64,000 nt of DNA from Lingula anatina (taxonomy: Eukaryota; Animalia; Brachiopoda), in assembly GCA_051362555.1 (NCBI GenBank), contig CM120649.1, positions 10,292,001 through 10,356,000 on the forward strand, given 5' to 3'. The position numbers and the translations under genes are program-made. Shown here one piece after another: positions 61,640-64,000 of the stretch; position 1 is the stretch's first letter, and every line of letters starts with the position of its first letter. Below the pieces are notes generated by a model. The model did no database searches and was not told the origin of the DNA. It saw only the letters and a list, made by a program, of their open reading frames with translations.

Positions 61640-61830
61640 AGAGATGCCGCTGCCCTGACTGTCGGGCAGTATGTCGCAGCAATTTATGATGGGGAGTGAT
61701 TTGTTGGAAAGATCTCTGATGGGGACGAGGAGGATGAAGAGGTGGAGGTGTGTTTTATGGAGAAACACAAGCAGTTGCTACAATGGCCCTCTAGAGAAAA
61801 TAAAATCTGGCTAAAACACGACACCATTTA
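61640..61830 (+). pseudogene. Tudor-like C-terminal fragment of another DNA transposase (Sola2/pogo-type)
   Basis: VGQYVAAIYDGE*FVGKI..D..EVEVCFM..LQWPSRENKIWL. Confidence 0.5.
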
Positions 61831-63232
61831 AACCGTCTTTAATTGTTTTATTAAAAGGCGCATTTGGTTTGTGTATTTTTTATGAATTGACATTGATAAA
61901 ATTTAAATAATTTTAATGTATTAAAACTGATAAATGCCAAATAAAATGCATTTTACATTAAAAAGATCTTTTCTACTAACATTTTAGCTTTATCAAATAA
62001 TGATAGCATTTTACATCAAGTGTATGACAATCCAGTGAAGTTAAATAGCCCAAATGTACTTATATGTCAGGTTACATTAAATTTCTGAGTTACAGTCATA
62101 TAAGACTCTGCTGTGCTTGCTGTATTCTTCAAAGTGGAATTGTTTAGGAAAGCTTATTAAAAGACAGTTTGAGTCTTAGGAGATGGGGACTTGCTTGTCA
62201 TAAACAACAAAGAATTATTTACTTTACAAAAGACCCCAAATCTTTACTTCGATACAGATCAGTACTATAGTAATTAACAGTCAGGTGTAAACAGGGCTCT
62301 TTCTTGCTAGCAGCAGATCTTGTAGGCTGAGCATTTCAGATAGTTGTCGGCCAATTGAAAATTGTCCCCCTAATTAGGGTGAGTGTCAACTAAGACTTTG
62401 GGAGTAGAATTTCCTTTAGTGTTTCTTAAGACATGACAGTTTGATACTTTACTGTGTATAAATCTTATGTTCTTGGGCTATCACCCTTTTCTACTGTTAA
62501 TTCCTATCTAGTTTATTCTTATTTAACAAAAGCTAATTAAATAAGCCGTAGGTTTCTGTGTATTTTACCAAAATTAAAGGTACATATCAACTAAGCGTGG
62601 TGAAACATGGATTCTCAGTAATGCTTATTAACCACTTCTACTAGTTCCTTATACAACAAAAAATCATTTGATCAGCATAAAAGAGCTTTTAACTGCTCCT
62701 TTTTTAAAATTTTGGCTGAAAATTTAACATACAAGTACATATCTTACTTACTTATCTGCCTGGATTATATGTGGCATAGCAAGCTAGCAGAAAATATTGT
62801 TCAAATATTTTTCGGGCAGTATTAAATGATGTGTTGCGGTAATTATCTTAGTACTATTAAAAATTTATACTGGTAATTGGTGAGCTTTTGTGGCAAAAAT
62901 TTGCCTCGTATGCATCCTGAAATTGATAAAATGTTGATGTACTAGGTATATACATGAAAAATGCAATTTTCCGTTATTAGAACCCTTTCTGCAGTCATTT
63001 GGGCAATTTGTCAGAAGGTGAAATGCTTTTAATTGAATCCACTATAATCCAGTGAAGTTAAATAGCTAAGGTAGTCCTATAATATTTGTCAGATAATATA
63101 AAATTTAAAATTGTGAGTTGTAGTAACATTAAGCTTTGCTTAGCTGTAATTACTCTTAAAAGTGGAATTGTTCAGCTAAGCTTGTCCCAAGACAGTTTGT
63201 GTCTTAAGGGATAGATACTCGTTTGTTGTTAA

Positions 63233-63575
63233 AAGGATAATAACTCTTCGTATGAGATGTATATTTCACAATAAAAACATTGTGAATAACTCATAGAAAT
63301 ATAATATATTGTTTTACCACAAAAACGGCAGTTATAGCTATTATTCTGATATCTGAGCTTGTCTTTAGACCACGTAACCTCCATTGATGGCTATACTCTG
63401 TTAAAATCTCTTAAGAGATTTTAACAAAAAACCAAACTTTTTAGAAAAAAAACAAAAAAACAGAGACTAACTTTGAATGTAAAAATGGATTCATTAACCA
63501 TTGGTAAGTATGGGAAAATTGTTGTTTACTCCAGGAAAATTCATTTTTTGGCCAAAACGAAGAGTTATTATCCCT
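63233..63575. mobile_element. Kolobok-type MITE (TTAA TSD), copy 2
   Basis: Near-identical to 664-989; TTAA at 63229-63232 and 63576-63579. Confidence 0.85.
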
Positions 63576-63599
63576 TTAAATGCTTCTCTAATTAGGAAG

Positions 63600-64000
63600 T
63601 AGGAATTTAAAAGAGAGACCCAAAAGAAAAGACCTTTTCCTGAGAATACCAAAGAGTTGGATGTACAGAATATTGAAGCAACAGCTATATGTGACATATC
63701 TGACACAAAAACACAACTAATAGAAGTTTGTGAAAATGACAATGGCAAAGAAACCTGTGGTTCTAACTTCTCAAAGAAGAGTTGAGTAATGAAGTGCACT
63801 GTGATGGTAAACATACAAATGTAGTGACAGTGATGATGGGGATGATGATTTCAATGGAGATACCTGTGATGACCCAGGTGACAAACCAATTTACCCTGCT
63901 CATTACTTGACAGTGCGCCTTAGTATTTTGCTCATTTTTCTGTATGCCACTGCCCATGCAATTACTGGGAGTCAATGAAGTGATCTTCTCATGCTTGTCA
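63600..64000 (+). pseudogene. Probable N-terminal region of a second EnSpm-like transposase (runs off the window)
   Basis: Acidic tract followed by KPIYPAHYLTVRLSILLIFLYATAHAITGSQ*SDLLMLV, similar to the PLY..IT..S..LI..H.LT..L.DLL.L motif. Confidence 0.55.

Noticed and set aside
664-63575. Direct repeats near both window ends as LTRs of one giant element
   Set aside because: Each copy has its own TIRs and TTAA TSD, so they are independent MITE insertions.

Overview
AT-rich (roughly one third GC by eye) eukaryotic DNA with microsatellites, spliced transposon genes and no operons. The repeat content (Tx1/L1, CR1/L2, ISL2EU, Sola2-like, EnSpm-like, Gypsy, Helentron/HINE-like arrays with ~160-bp monomers) suggests a marine invertebrate, most likely a mollusc; that is an inference. 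I found no confident host protein-coding gene, rRNA, functional tRNA or CRISPR array. The window reads as an intergenic or intronic graveyard of nested transposable elements. The two long ORFs are LINE ORF2s: a young 5'-truncated Tx1/L1 at 13048-16275 (-) and a CR1/L2 ORF2 with one nonsense codon at 30424-33327 (+). The most notable observations are: several CAG...CTG MITE families with 5-7-bp rather than 8-bp TSDs; two three-layer nested insertions; a Gypsy remnant with a C2H2 zinc-finger ORF behind a splice acceptor in the env position; a 105-bp-periodic array of palindromic TALE/NF-Y-like sites; a cluster of three Pol III/tRNA-like heads; and an old duplicated satellite tract. I see no well-supported novel biological system. 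All alignments and translations were done by eye, family names rest on recalled motifs, and boundaries of degraded elements are approximate.
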